This document shows positions 10,237 to 19,262 of a stretch of DNA of 64,000 nucleotides, in pieces. The notes under the pieces are model-generated. The model was not told the DNA's origin. It was given only the letters and a program-made list of their open reading frames with translations, and did not search any database. Source of the stretch: a virus. Numbering within the stretch: position 1 is the first letter of the stretch; each line of letters begins with the position of its first letter. The stretch is from positions 64,001 to 128,000 of the IMG/VR virus record IMGVR_UViG_3300031595_000166; one strand, given 5' to 3'. Position numbers and translations under genes: made by a program.

Positions 10237-10824
10237 TTATTGCGAGTTAGTTTTGATTATTAGTCGTTGCTTATCTACAATTGATTTGATTTCGTCGAGG
10301 TGATAGGGGAAGTAGTTGTTTCCATCTACGCCAACATCAAGCATATTGGGACGAAGTTTTGTTTCGGGAGTCGAATGAACGTGCCCGTGAAGGAGGAATT
10401 GATTTTCCTTATGCACCGGACGATAGTGTAGAAACCTCTTACCGAATTCATTTGGTTCTTCGTAAGGAAGATGATTCAATACGAATCCGTGCCAGTTTTC
10501 CAGTTGCTGATAGATACCGGCGAAACCATACATAAGATAGCGTTGTTTGGCTGCTTCCCATTTTTTATTTATTGGATGGCAGCGATCATGGTTGCCCGGA
10601 ATGAGAAACTTTTTTCCACTCAATCTCGGAAGAATGATTGGAACCGTTTTTTCATTCATCGAAAAATCGCCAAGACACCACAATTCATCCTCTGGCTTGA
10701 CCAATGAATTTATATTCGCAATCATTACCTCTTGCATATGCGACACATCTTTGAATGGTCGATTGCAATAGGTAATAATATTTCGATGATCCCAATGTGG
10801 ATCGCTATAAACCCATGTATTCAT
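10237..10824 (-). CDS. calcineurin-like metallophosphoesterase
   Basis: SDPH, LGDF, GNHD, HGHVH, DVGVD motifs. Confidence 0.9.
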   Translation of the reverse strand: MNTWVYSDPHWDHRNIITYCNRPFKDVSHMQEVMIANINSLVKPEDELWCLGDFSMNEKTVPIILPRLSGKKFLIPGNHDRCHPINKKWEAAKQRYLMYGFAGIYQQLENWHGFVLNHLPYEEPNEFGKRFLHYRPVHKENQFLLHGHVHSTPETKLRPNMLDVGVDGNNYFPYHLDEIKSIVDKQRLIIKTNSQ

Positions 10825-10837
10825 TGATCTTTTTACC

Positions 10838-11029
10838 TTACTGAATGCTTGCTTTCACAACTTTACCGCTCTCAATTTCAATGCAAACTCTATCATCTCT
10901 CACTTCGCTCGGGTAATCAAAAAACATTTCCTTATCAATCCTGACCAAGTGGAAAATCATATTCCTCTTCTCTGCAAGATCTTGGGCGCTCTTCTTACTA
11001 AGACCGATGAAGTCATTTGAGTTATGCAT
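10838..11029 (-). CDS. peptidase inhibitor I78/potato-inhibitor-like small protein
   Basis: IGLS..A...R.DRV.I.I..GKV pattern. Confidence 0.45.
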   Translation of the reverse strand: MHNSNDFIGLSKKSAQDLAEKRNMIFHLVRIDKEMFFDYPSEVRDDRVCIEIESGKVVKASIQ

Positions 11030-11123
11030 TGATGGCTCCGTTCTGTTATTGTTTCATTTGTTCCATGTCAAAAAACGCGTAAAAAAACTGCTTGATTTTC
11101 AATAGAAGTTTTGCCATCCAGAT

Positions 11124-11152
11124 ACTATAAGCACGCCTCGACCACCCGTCAA
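11124..11152 (-). promoter_or_regulatory. sigma70-type early promoter
   Basis: TTGACG-17-TATAGT. Confidence 0.75.
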
Positions 11153-11160
11153 GTGTAGCA

Positions 11161-11442
11161 TTATTGCCTACATGACGCCATACACTGAAAACTCTTTGTT
11201 TCGCCAGTGGTTCTATCAACAACCACAACACACATTACATCATCAACTCCTCTTGGAATTGACAATACCTGATAGCGATCATCATACTTCAATTCCGGTG
11301 ATATTGCAATTCTTTGCCCAGCAGATGGAACAATAGCAGATCCAACTTGCTTGTCTTCTCCCGAAGACCATATCATGGCAATAGCAAGAATTACAACGAA
11401 TATAACAGCAACACTAATAATCAATCTACCAACGGGGCTCAT
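11161..11442 (-). CDS. membrane-anchored hypothetical protein
   Basis: N-terminal TM helix. Confidence 0.55.
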   Translation of the reverse strand: MSPVGRLIISVAVIFVVILAIAMIWSSGEDKQVGSAIVPSAGQRIAISPELKYDDRYQVLSIPRGVDDVMCVVVVDRTTGETKSFQCMASCRQ

Positions 11443-11456
11443 TCCATAATGCAGAA

Positions 11457-11891
11457 TTATCCGAGTTCTTCCAACACCTTACACGATAGACATTGGAACT
11501 TATTGTCTGGCATGTTAGCTTTGCCATGAGGCGCTGGCATGTTGCAACCAACGCATATCTGATCTGTTTTTACAATTTGTTCAGCAGCCAACCAGACTTC
11601 TGTTAATGGAGATAGCCAGTAATAATACTTGAATGTTTTAGCAATTGGAATCACTATATAATTGCTATCTCCATCCCATTTTTCATATATATGATCGCTA
11701 ACTTTGTTGGCACAACGAGGATTTATCTGTGAATCATCGTTAAACCCAACACATACTTCTCCCGCAACATAACGCCCAATAACAATGACTGGTACTTTAT
11801 GTTCACCACTTGGGCTAATAAAATTATTATTATTGATTCCAATCAAAATTTCTGCACCTAATGGAACGCCTCCGGCTTGCATATCAACCAC
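11457..11891 (-). CDS. C-terminal zinc-ribbon family protein
   Basis: QICVGCNMPAPH...FQCLSC. Confidence 0.8.
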   Translation of the reverse strand: MVDMQAGGVPLGAEILIGINNNNFISPSGEHKVPVIVIGRYVAGEVCVGFNDDSQINPRCANKVSDHIYEKWDGDSNYIVIPIAKTFKYYYWLSPLTEVWLAAEQIVKTDQICVGCNMPAPHGKANMPDNKFQCLSCKVLEELG

Positions 11892-12330
11892 CTATATCCA
11901 ATAAAACTTTGCACGATATACATTGGAACTTATTGTCTGGCATATTTGCCTTGCAATGTGGTGCCGGAAGATTGCAACCAATACATGTTTGATTCGCACT
12001 GATTATTAGGCTCTCCACCAGTTGAACAATATAGTTAGAGCTAACCCAAGCGTAATACTTATACATGTTTATATTTTTTGACATATTGTATTTATCTGTA
12101 TTAGATTTCCATACTTTAACAGCATCTGCTACAAGATCGGAATAGGCAACATCAACGTCGCTCCATCCAATACATACATCCGAAGTATAAAATTTTCCTA
12201 CTACACAAACATTAAATGGTATTGTTCCAGTTATATCGATCTTACTGAGACGCATATTATTTTCTCTTGTTCGCTTGATTATAATTTCTGTATCAAGCGG
12301 AAGAGTTCCGATTTGAACTAAATTTGACAT
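11884..12330 (-). CDS. C-terminal zinc-ribbon family protein
   Basis: QTCIGCNLPAPH...FQCISC. Confidence 0.8.
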   Translation of the reverse strand: MSNLVQIGTLPLDTEIIIKRTRENNMRLSKIDITGTIPFNVCVVGKFYTSDVCIGWSDVDVAYSDLVADAVKVWKSNTDKYNMSKNINMYKYYAWVSSNYIVQLVESLIISANQTCIGCNLPAPHCKANMPDNKFQCISCKVLLDIGG

Positions 12331-12354
12331 TCTAATAATTCCTCATATTTATGT

Positions 12355-13566
12355 ATGAATAATTCTCAACTACTTAAAAGAACTAATGATTTTAGAAAAC
12401 TTGCCGAAGAACCATATAGCAAGATTTTCGGCGATGATTTGCTTTCTTATATACTATCATTATTAACTCCGGGTAAATTCAAACGAGAAGAACTTTCAAG
12501 TTATATTCAAACCAATCGAACAATACTGAATGAGATGCGTGGCGCTATTGCTTGGAAAGGTAAGAATCCAAAAGGTGATCTAAATGGAATAGATAGAAAC
12601 AATAACTTTATCTTACTATCCAAACAATCTACTCCTCCAAAAGAATATGAAACAAGATCGATGTCATTATTGAAAGGCGTTGGCGCAATTCCTACATTGT
12701 ATTTATACACAATGAAAGAGCATGAATATAAACCAAAAGATAGAGACTATCCGAAAGAACTTGGTCATTATTCTTTTGTAATGCAAGCGTTTTTAGAGAT
12801 GTTTCCTTGGTTGAAAAATGAGAGCAACGAAGAATATAAGAACAATATATTCGAGTTCATAGAAACCAATAAATCTAATATAGATCGATTACGAAAACAA
12901 TTTGATTATGAACCTACATACATTGGTTCTGGATCATCTGGATCAACATTTGCTGTTGGTAAGAACAGAATACTAAAACTATTCAAGGATCATTCAGAAT
13001 ATCAAGCGGCGTTAGCATCAATGGGAAGAGTATTCACTGGACACGGTATGGGTAAAACGGAAGCGTATATTGATGATGCCGGAATATTTGGAACCTTTTA
13101 CGACAATGTCGTGTATTATTATACACAAGAAAGAATGATTCCATTAGGAGGATTATTCGCAGATGATTTAGATGCTGGTGGATATATGAAACAGATCTTG
13201 GAAAATATACAACAACTGTTCCTAAAAAACAGAATCATATTAGATAGACTTCACAAAATGGTAAATCATCCAAGAGTGTTGGATGCTATCCGTATGGTTG
13301 CAAACCGCATGACAGAGAAGGTAAAACAAACGAACGGTAAGAAAATTACCTATGTTGGCAATCTAATGAATGAACGAGTTGGCATTAGAGAAGATTGGTT
13401 AGTTGTATTGATCGAGGAGATGATTACGAAGTATATAACAAACCGAACTGATTTACATTTTGGGAATGTTGGTATCTCTAATAGAGGCGGCGGAACATTA
13501 ATTTATTTTGATGCAGCCTTCCAAGAAAAAGAAGACAGACAAAGAGAAGATATGATTGCTGTCTAA
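12355..13566 (+). CDS. atypical protein-kinase-like protein
   Basis: Gly loop IGSGSSG, ILKLF lysine, DLHFGN catalytic loop, YFD metal-binding motif. Confidence 0.75.
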   Translation: MNNSQLLKRTNDFRKLAEEPYSKIFGDDLLSYILSLLTPGKFKREELSSYIQTNRTILNEMRGAIAWKGKNPKGDLNGIDRNNNFILLSKQSTPPKEYETRSMSLLKGVGAIPTLYLYTMKEHEYKPKDRDYPKELGHYSFVMQAFLEMFPWLKNESNEEYKNNIFEFIETNKSNIDRLRKQFDYEPTYIGSGSSGSTFAVGKNRILKLFKDHSEYQAALASMGRVFTGHGMGKTEAYIDDAGIFGTFYDNVVYYYTQERMIPLGGLFADDLDAGGYMKQILENIQQLFLKNRIILDRLHKMVNHPRVLDAIRMVANRMTEKVKQTNGKKITYVGNLMNERVGIREDWLVVLIEEMITKYITNRTDLHFGNVGISNRGGGTLIYFDAAFQEKEDRQREDMIAV

Positions 13567-13569
13567 TAT

Positions 13570-14094
13570 TTAGAGAAGGATTAGATACTTTGTGAGATTG
13601 TCTTTTCCATAAATGCGTTTGTTATCAAGTTGTGGAATGTATTTACCATTGATCCAGTATCGAGTTTTTCCATTAGAATACTCAATAGCAGGTCCGTCTT
13701 CCCGATGATATTTGCCATTGAGACACCACCACTTGTTTCCATTAGCATACTCAATAGCAGGTCCGTCTTCCCGGTGAAGATTGCCATTGAGATACCATTC
13801 TTTGGTTCCATTAGCAAACTCAACAGCAGGCATCGTCAATCCAGTTTCTGGATTGATATCTTCCCGATGAAGATTGTCATTGAGATACCAATATTTGGTT
13901 CCATCAGCACACTCAATAGCAGGTCCGTCTTCCCGGTGAAGATTGCCATTGAGATACCATTCTTTGGTTCCATCAGCACACTCAATAGCAGGACCATCTT
14001 TCCGATGAAACTCGTCATTGAGATACCAAAATTTGTTTCCATCAGTATGGATTCTACACTCAGATTTTTGAGAACTATCTATGACCGCCGCCAT
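13570..14094 (-). CDS. HREDGPA repeat protein with tagged tail
   Basis: Five repeats, ends YGKDNLTKYLILL; start uncertain. Confidence 0.8.
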   Translation of the reverse strand: MAAVIDSSQKSECRIHTDGNKFWYLNDEFHRKDGPAIECADGTKEWYLNGNLHREDGPAIECADGTKYWYLNDNLHREDINPETGLTMPAVEFANGTKEWYLNGNLHREDGPAIEYANGNKWWCLNGKYHREDGPAIEYSNGKTRYWINGKYIPQLDNKRIYGKDNLTKYLILL

Positions 14095-14719
14095 GACCAC
14101 CACCCCCATGTGAGCCACCAGCGCCCGCAGAATGCCCACCAGCGTGCGACTGTGGCGCTGAATGCTGTTGTGGCGCCGAGTGTTGCTGAGGAGTAGTATG
14201 CTGTTGAACTGAATGTTGTTGAACTGAATGTTGTTGAACTGAATGTTGTTGTGGTGCAGAGCGTTGCATATTATGTTGTGGTGCTACATGTTGTTCTGGC
14301 GTTCCATTGCGATGATACCCACCACCAGAGTTTCGTGCCCAACCATGAGACTCACCCCAACCGCGTTCATGATAGAACGAATTATAATGTTCATGATAGC
14401 CGGGGTAATATCCAGCATGATACCCATTGTTAGACCAATAGCCATGTGGTCCGAACCACATTCCATAATAAGAATCAAAATACAATACCCCACCATCGAC
14501 AACATAATAACTACCGCAGAACTCTCGTTCGCCGAAGCTATCAACAATTATTGTGCAACCTTCTGTCAATCCAGTAGATGGGAATACCGATCCATCAGTG
14601 CCAACCACAACCTCTTGTGCATGTAATGTTGCGGCACAACCAGTCATTGCTAATCCCATTGACAATGCTAACATCAATACCATATTCTTCATGTGATTAT
14701 TCTCCTGTATAGTTTTCAA
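14075..14719 (-). CDS. lipoprotein with Gly/His/Gln-rich tail
   Basis: MTGC lipobox; QQHSV/QQHSA repeats; GGGHGGGHR end. Confidence 0.7.
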   Translation of the reverse strand: MKTIQENNHMKNMVLMLALSMGLAMTGCAATLHAQEVVVGTDGSVFPSTGLTEGCTIIVDSFGEREFCGSYYVVDGGVLYFDSYYGMWFGPHGYWSNNGYHAGYYPGYHEHYNSFYHERGWGESHGWARNSGGGYHRNGTPEQHVAPQHNMQRSAPQQHSVQQHSVQQHSVQQHTTPQQHSAPQQHSAPQSHAGGHSAGAGGSHGGGGHGGGHR

Positions 14720-14884
14720 TCTCTACCACAATACCAAGATACGCCCCATCGATGACATCAAAAATCTCTTGCTCAATAATTATCTGATCTGCAATCACAA
14801 TGTTGCCATTCTTCAATAAGACTTTCCTATTGGGCGTTATCCATGTTTCGTGGTCGTTTATTGCATTGTATATTCGTAGTATTT

Positions 14885-15322
14885 TCATAGTGTTGCAAGA
14901 AACTTGCATGATGAACATACGAAGTTATTGCCATCATTTGGGGCAACATGCGGCGCCGGTAAATCGCAACCAGCACATTTCTGATCTGGGAATAATATTA
15001 CAGCATCAACAAGATGCTGCACAATAGTCCTTGCTCCCACCCACATACAATACTTGTGTTCCAGCATATCGCTCTCGTTCATAACTAAACAATCAGATTC
15101 TAAAAATCTTTTACGAGAAGATTTATTCATTGCATGTAATGTTACTATCTGATTGTGTTCTGGATTTTTCCAACCAATACATCGATCTTCATTATATGTT
15201 GCTATAATAGTGCCAATATGACTCGAATATCTATCATCCTTATGAACAGCGCCATACTCATCATATGAGAACTTAACCGAATCACCAATATTCAGTTTTG
15301 ATATTTCAACGAAATCGCTCAT
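14885..15322 (-). CDS. C-terminal zinc-ribbon family protein
   Basis: QKCAGCDLPAPH...FVCSSC. Confidence 0.8.
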   Translation of the reverse strand: MSDFVEISKLNIGDSVKFSYDEYGAVHKDDRYSSHIGTIIATYNEDRCIGWKNPEHNQIVTLHAMNKSSRKRFLESDCLVMNESDMLEHKYCMWVGARTIVQHLVDAVILFPDQKCAGCDLPAPHVAPNDGNNFVCSSCKFLATL

Positions 15323-15750
15323 AGTGTTCCTATAAACTCACAGGATTTACAAACATAAGTATCCGAGACATTAGGCTTAGCATGTGGCGCAGGAAGATTA
15401 CAACCAGCACATACTTGATTAGGCGATATGATACAATCAATAACTTTTACTCGAATATCTGCCCTAATCCATTTATAATAAGTATAGTCTTTACTTTCTG
15501 GTATCATTACATAACTTTCGGGATTTTTACTCCATCTGCCAAGCCCGTTTTTTACGTACGAAGCAATACCTCCAAGATCGTTATTCTCTTTCCATGCGAT
15601 ACACCTATCGGTATTGGCATATATACCAATCAATACGGCGTCTAATTGTTTATGGGACTCATTATATAAAACAATGTGGGGTCCATAGTTAATAATACTA
15701 ACATGTAGATGAGAACCTAATTCAACATCTTTTATTGCTGTTATTGTCAT
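15319..15750 (-). CDS. C-terminal zinc-ribbon family protein
   Basis: QVCAGCNLPAPH...YVCKSC. Confidence 0.8.
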   Translation of the reverse strand: MTITAIKDVELGSHLHVSIINYGPHIVLYNESHKQLDAVLIGIYANTDRCIAWKENNDLGGIASYVKNGLGRWSKNPESYVMIPESKDYTYYKWIRADIRVKVIDCIISPNQVCAGCNLPAPHAKPNVSDTYVCKSCEFIGTL

Positions 15751-15919
15751 ATTGATTTCTAAATTAGAGAACCGGGATTACAAGACTATAATCATCTGAA
15801 TTAACATCAATGATGTATGATACATGCGTCATATACAATCGAGCGTATACCCACGCTTCGGAAAAGAGATCGAATGTATCAATGAGTTTTCCGCGGCACA
15901 TTAGTTTATACATGTGGTA

Positions 15920-15948
15920 AATGTAGCCACGAATGTCTGGCTTGTCAA
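15920..15948 (-). promoter_or_regulatory. sigma70-type early promoter
   Basis: TTGACA-17-TACATT. Confidence 0.7.
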
Positions 15949-16002
15949 GATGTCGGACGATGTATGCAATGGGATGATATGGTATTATGTTAGGAGAATA
16001 CA

Positions 16003-16716
16003 ATGCACATAGCACTAATTTCACAATCAACACTTGTAAGTAATGCGGATGCTAAGACGATGGCAGATGCTTGTCAAAAACAATTGACGGATCATTTTCT
16101 TCCAGCATGGAATATGAAGGAAGGATTTTGCGCGTTTTATCCTGACAAGAGTGTCATACCGGCGAATTACTGGATTGTAAATCTCTTAGATAGCCCTACA
16201 CAAGCAGGAGCATTGGGATATCATTCAGTTGACAATGATGAGGTTGACGCATTTATTTTCGCCCAACCGGTATTGAGCAATGGAGGGGTGGTATTATACG
16301 ATCCATCTAATCCACAGAATGTTAGTGTTGCAAGTGTATGCAGTCATGAAATATGTGAGATGTTAAGTGATATTTATGCCAACACGTATTGTGATTTTGG
16401 CAATAAGAGTATCGCATTAGAAGCATGTGATCCAGTGCAAGGGAATAGTTATGTTATAAATGTTAATGGTCAGAATGTTTCTGTGTCAGACTTCGTTTAT
16501 CTATCGTATTTTGATCCAGAAGCCACCGCACAAGATATGCCGTTCAATCATTTGAATACTTTGACGGCACCATTTAGTATGGCGCCGGGTGGCTACATGA
16601 TTGTAAGAGGATCAGGTCCGGGAAGTGAAACGCAAGTCTTTGGTGATGCCATTCCTGAATGGGTGAAAGAAACTAAGAAAACTGCATTCGCTCGTTTTGC
16701 TCTAAGGACTAAATAA
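16003..16716 (+). CDS. zincin-like metallopeptidase-like protein
   Basis: AGGAG RBS; GALGYH, SHEICEMLSD, EACDPV. Confidence 0.65.
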   Translation: MHIALISQSTLVSNADAKTMADACQKQLTDHFLPAWNMKEGFCAFYPDKSVIPANYWIVNLLDSPTQAGALGYHSVDNDEVDAFIFAQPVLSNGGVVLYDPSNPQNVSVASVCSHEICEMLSDIYANTYCDFGNKSIALEACDPVQGNSYVINVNGQNVSVSDFVYLSYFDPEATAQDMPFNHLNTLTAPFSMAPGGYMIVRGSGPGSETQVFGDAIPEWVKETKKTAFARFALRTK

Positions 16717-18025
16717 GTTTTCGTAGAGACTGTTTGTAATCGTATTCCCAGATAGACACTACGTTATATCCCGCTTCTTTAAGCTTAGCTTCTCTATTTA
16801 TAGTTTTTTCATATACCTGACCGAATGTTTTTCTTTTAATATCGGGATGCATTTTGTTATGATCGAATAATTTTGGATTACCATGCCAATAATCTCCGTA
16901 AAATTCATAAATAGTATTGGTATTTTGATCGTAAGCATCAACTTTAAATGATTTATTATTTATAATAATAGATTTTTGTCTGTTAAGTTCTGGAATATCT
17001 AAGTGATCTAACCATTTAGTTTCTATTTTAGATATGGTGTGGGCGCATTTAGGACACGCGTGGCCGAATAAATGATTTGAGGGAAGCTGTTCCCACATAC
17101 CATGTTCTGGACATATTATTTTAACTTTATATTTATTAGATTTATAATCTACTAAACTATAATCATATTTATTATGATGTTTTAGTTTTGCTTTTCCAAT
17201 GAATTCCTCTGTGGTATATTTTTTATTTTCTATACCACATGCCATACATCCACGACCCGATAAATGATCCGAAGGGGCTTGATTGAATTTACCATGTGTA
17301 GGACATTCTATTATTACATATGATTTATTATTTATAAATATAACTAAACCATAACTATATTTATTACCATGTATAGCGATAGCATATTGAATAAATTCTT
17401 CTGTTGTTCTTCTATATACATTAGAACACTTAGCACATCCATGACCATCCGTATGATCGTTTATAAGTTGAACAAAAATCCCATGCTCCTTACATATAAT
17501 CTCTAATTTATCTTGCGATGAATTTACACTCACCAATGAGTAATCATATTTTTCGCCATGGACTAATTGTGCTCGTTGAAGAAACTCTTCCTTACTAAGT
17601 TTGTCGAATTTTTTATGTGAATAATCGGGACAACCGGATCCCTGAATATGTCTTGTTGCTTTTTGTTCGAATACTCCATGCTCTGGGCATATAATTTTTA
17701 CTTTTTCCTGTGAGCCTTTGTAATTCACTATACTATAATCATAGTAATCTTTATGAACTAATTTTGCTCTGACAATAAAACTCTCTTTCGTTGTATTAAC
17801 TCTTGTACCAGAGCCATGCGATCTATTTGGGCAACCGTATCCTGATAGATGGTTGGTCGCCATCTGTTCCCATACGCCATGTTCAGGACAACCAATTTTT
17901 ACTTTGACGAAGGCGCCCTTATACTCTGCTAGCGAATAGTCATACAACTCTCCGTGAACTTCTTTGGCTTTTTCTATAAATCTTTCCGTGGTTAACTTCT
18001 TGCTCATACCATATAATATATCCAT
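16709..18025 (-). CDS. free-standing homing-type endonuclease (repeated zinc-binding units plus Vsr/PD-(D/E)xK-like nuclease)
   Basis: Five F..KA..VHG..YDYS...CPEHG..CP.C repeats; VDAY, EFYGDYWHGNP, IWEYD. Confidence 0.8.
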   Translation of the reverse strand: MDILYGMSKKLTTERFIEKAKEVHGELYDYSLAEYKGAFVKVKIGCPEHGVWEQMATNHLSGYGCPNRSHGSGTRVNTTKESFIVRAKLVHKDYYDYSIVNYKGSQEKVKIICPEHGVFEQKATRHIQGSGCPDYSHKKFDKLSKEEFLQRAQLVHGEKYDYSLVSVNSSQDKLEIICKEHGIFVQLINDHTDGHGCAKCSNVYRRTTEEFIQYAIAIHGNKYSYGLVIFINNKSYVIIECPTHGKFNQAPSDHLSGRGCMACGIENKKYTTEEFIGKAKLKHHNKYDYSLVDYKSNKYKVKIICPEHGMWEQLPSNHLFGHACPKCAHTISKIETKWLDHLDIPELNRQKSIIINNKSFKVDAYDQNTNTIYEFYGDYWHGNPKLFDHNKMHPDIKRKTFGQVYEKTINREAKLKEAGYNVVSIWEYDYKQSLRKLI

Positions 18026-18056
18026 TTATTCTGGTATGTCAATCACCGTTAAATAG

Positions 18057-18092
18057 AAAAAGAGGTGAGCAGATTTCTCCGCCCACCTCTTT
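18057..18092. terminator. intrinsic terminator hairpin
   Basis: AAAGAGGTGAGC...GCCCACCTCTTT inverted repeat flanked by A/T tracts, downstream of the OmpA gene. Confidence 0.65.
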
Positions 18093-18125
18093 CATTTACT
18101 TCCGCTTTTCTTTGCTTACTATTTA

Positions 18126-19151
18126 CTATTGTTGAACTTTTACGAGACGAACAACAATCGTATCAACTCGACGATTGCTTGCATCGTTTGGCTCGCCAGT
18201 TGCACCGAATGCTACTGGATGAAGTTGTGCACGATCAACCTTGCCAGTTGTAGCAAGGAAGTCTGCTACTGCACGAGCGCGGTTATTTGCGAGAACAAGA
18301 TTAGCAGTGCTATCACCTTCTGCACTTGCATAACCTTCGATTACGAGCATGAAGCCCTTGGTTGCCGGAAGAGTGTTATACTCTTCTGCAAGAGAAGTTA
18401 GCGCTGTTTGTGCATCTGCACTAACAACGAAACTGCTCTTATCGAATTGAACTGATGGCATAACAAGTAGTGCTGTTCCGTCTACCGATTGTGCTGGAAC
18501 TGGAACTGGAACTGCAACTCGTTGCATTACTGTATGTTCTTGAACGACTGTTCGTGTTTGAACAACTGGTGCAACATGCTTTGATGGGAAGTCGAATGAA
18601 AGACTTAGACCAGCAGTACCAACGCTTGGATCTTCACGATTGAGCAGTGGTGTTTGCTTGTTTGCAGCATTGTATGTATCGAGAACTTTGTCCCAACCAA
18701 CATATACGCCGAGCCAAGTAGAATGCTCTTCATTTAGAGCAACATTGACGCCGACTTGTGTCATGAATGCTGGATTCCAGATTGTTCCTTGTTTGCCTGC
18801 GCCAAGTGAACCTTGAATGTAAGGATACCAACCGGCATTATGATTGCCTTGAACGCGTACGGTTCCATCGAATTGCCATAGAGTGCTTTCCTCTGTGTTT
18901 GGTGCTGATCGTGGAAGATATACGGCTGATACTGTTGGACCGATTGCGACATTTGGAAGTATAGCGAATAGACCGTCTACTTCACCTTGTGCGCCGAGAT
19001 TGAATGTATTACGATTTACGATGTCTCCGTTTGGAGCTCGTAGATTTACGGCTGGACCACCTTCAACATTAAGGGTGAGTCCTTCTGCCGAAGCAAAAGA
19101 AGCCATTGATGTGAGTGCTAATACTGATAGAACTGTTAGTGCTTTCTTCAT
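18126..19151 (-). CDS. OmpA-family outer membrane protein
   Basis: Signal peptide, beta-barrel-like N-terminus, VQFDKSS, EGYAS.EG..NL.LA..RA..V, NRRVD. Confidence 0.85.
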   Translation of the reverse strand: MKKALTVLSVLALTSMASFASAEGLTLNVEGGPAVNLRAPNGDIVNRNTFNLGAQGEVDGLFAILPNVAIGPTVSAVYLPRSAPNTEESTLWQFDGTVRVQGNHNAGWYPYIQGSLGAGKQGTIWNPAFMTQVGVNVALNEEHSTWLGVYVGWDKVLDTYNAANKQTPLLNREDPSVGTAGLSLSFDFPSKHVAPVVQTRTVVQEHTVMQRVAVPVPVPAQSVDGTALLVMPSVQFDKSSFVVSADAQTALTSLAEEYNTLPATKGFMLVIEGYASAEGDSTANLVLANNRARAVADFLATTGKVDRAQLHPVAFGATGEPNDASNRRVDTIVVRLVKVQQ

Positions 19152-19216
19152 TGTGTTTTTCTTTCTTTGTTTAGGTTAATTATTTTCAGAATAAGTTTTT
19201 CTACTCTGCGGTCAGT

Positions 19217-19245
19217 AATGTAAGGCTGGGTCAGACGGCTGTCAA
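19217..19245 (-). promoter_or_regulatory. sigma70-type promoter (duplicate of 21818-21846)
   Basis: TTGACA-17-TACATT. Confidence 0.75.
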
Positions 19246-19262
19246 GATCCAGCCATCAGTAT

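Noticed and set aside
13581-14196. Alternative-frame and antisense ORFs over HREDGPA genes (e.g. MLMETN..GISMA.., IAIEIP.. ORFs; also at 3.2, 8.0, 54, 58-59 and 63 kb)
   Set aside because: Shadow frames produced by repetitive coding sequence; no RBS or independent support.
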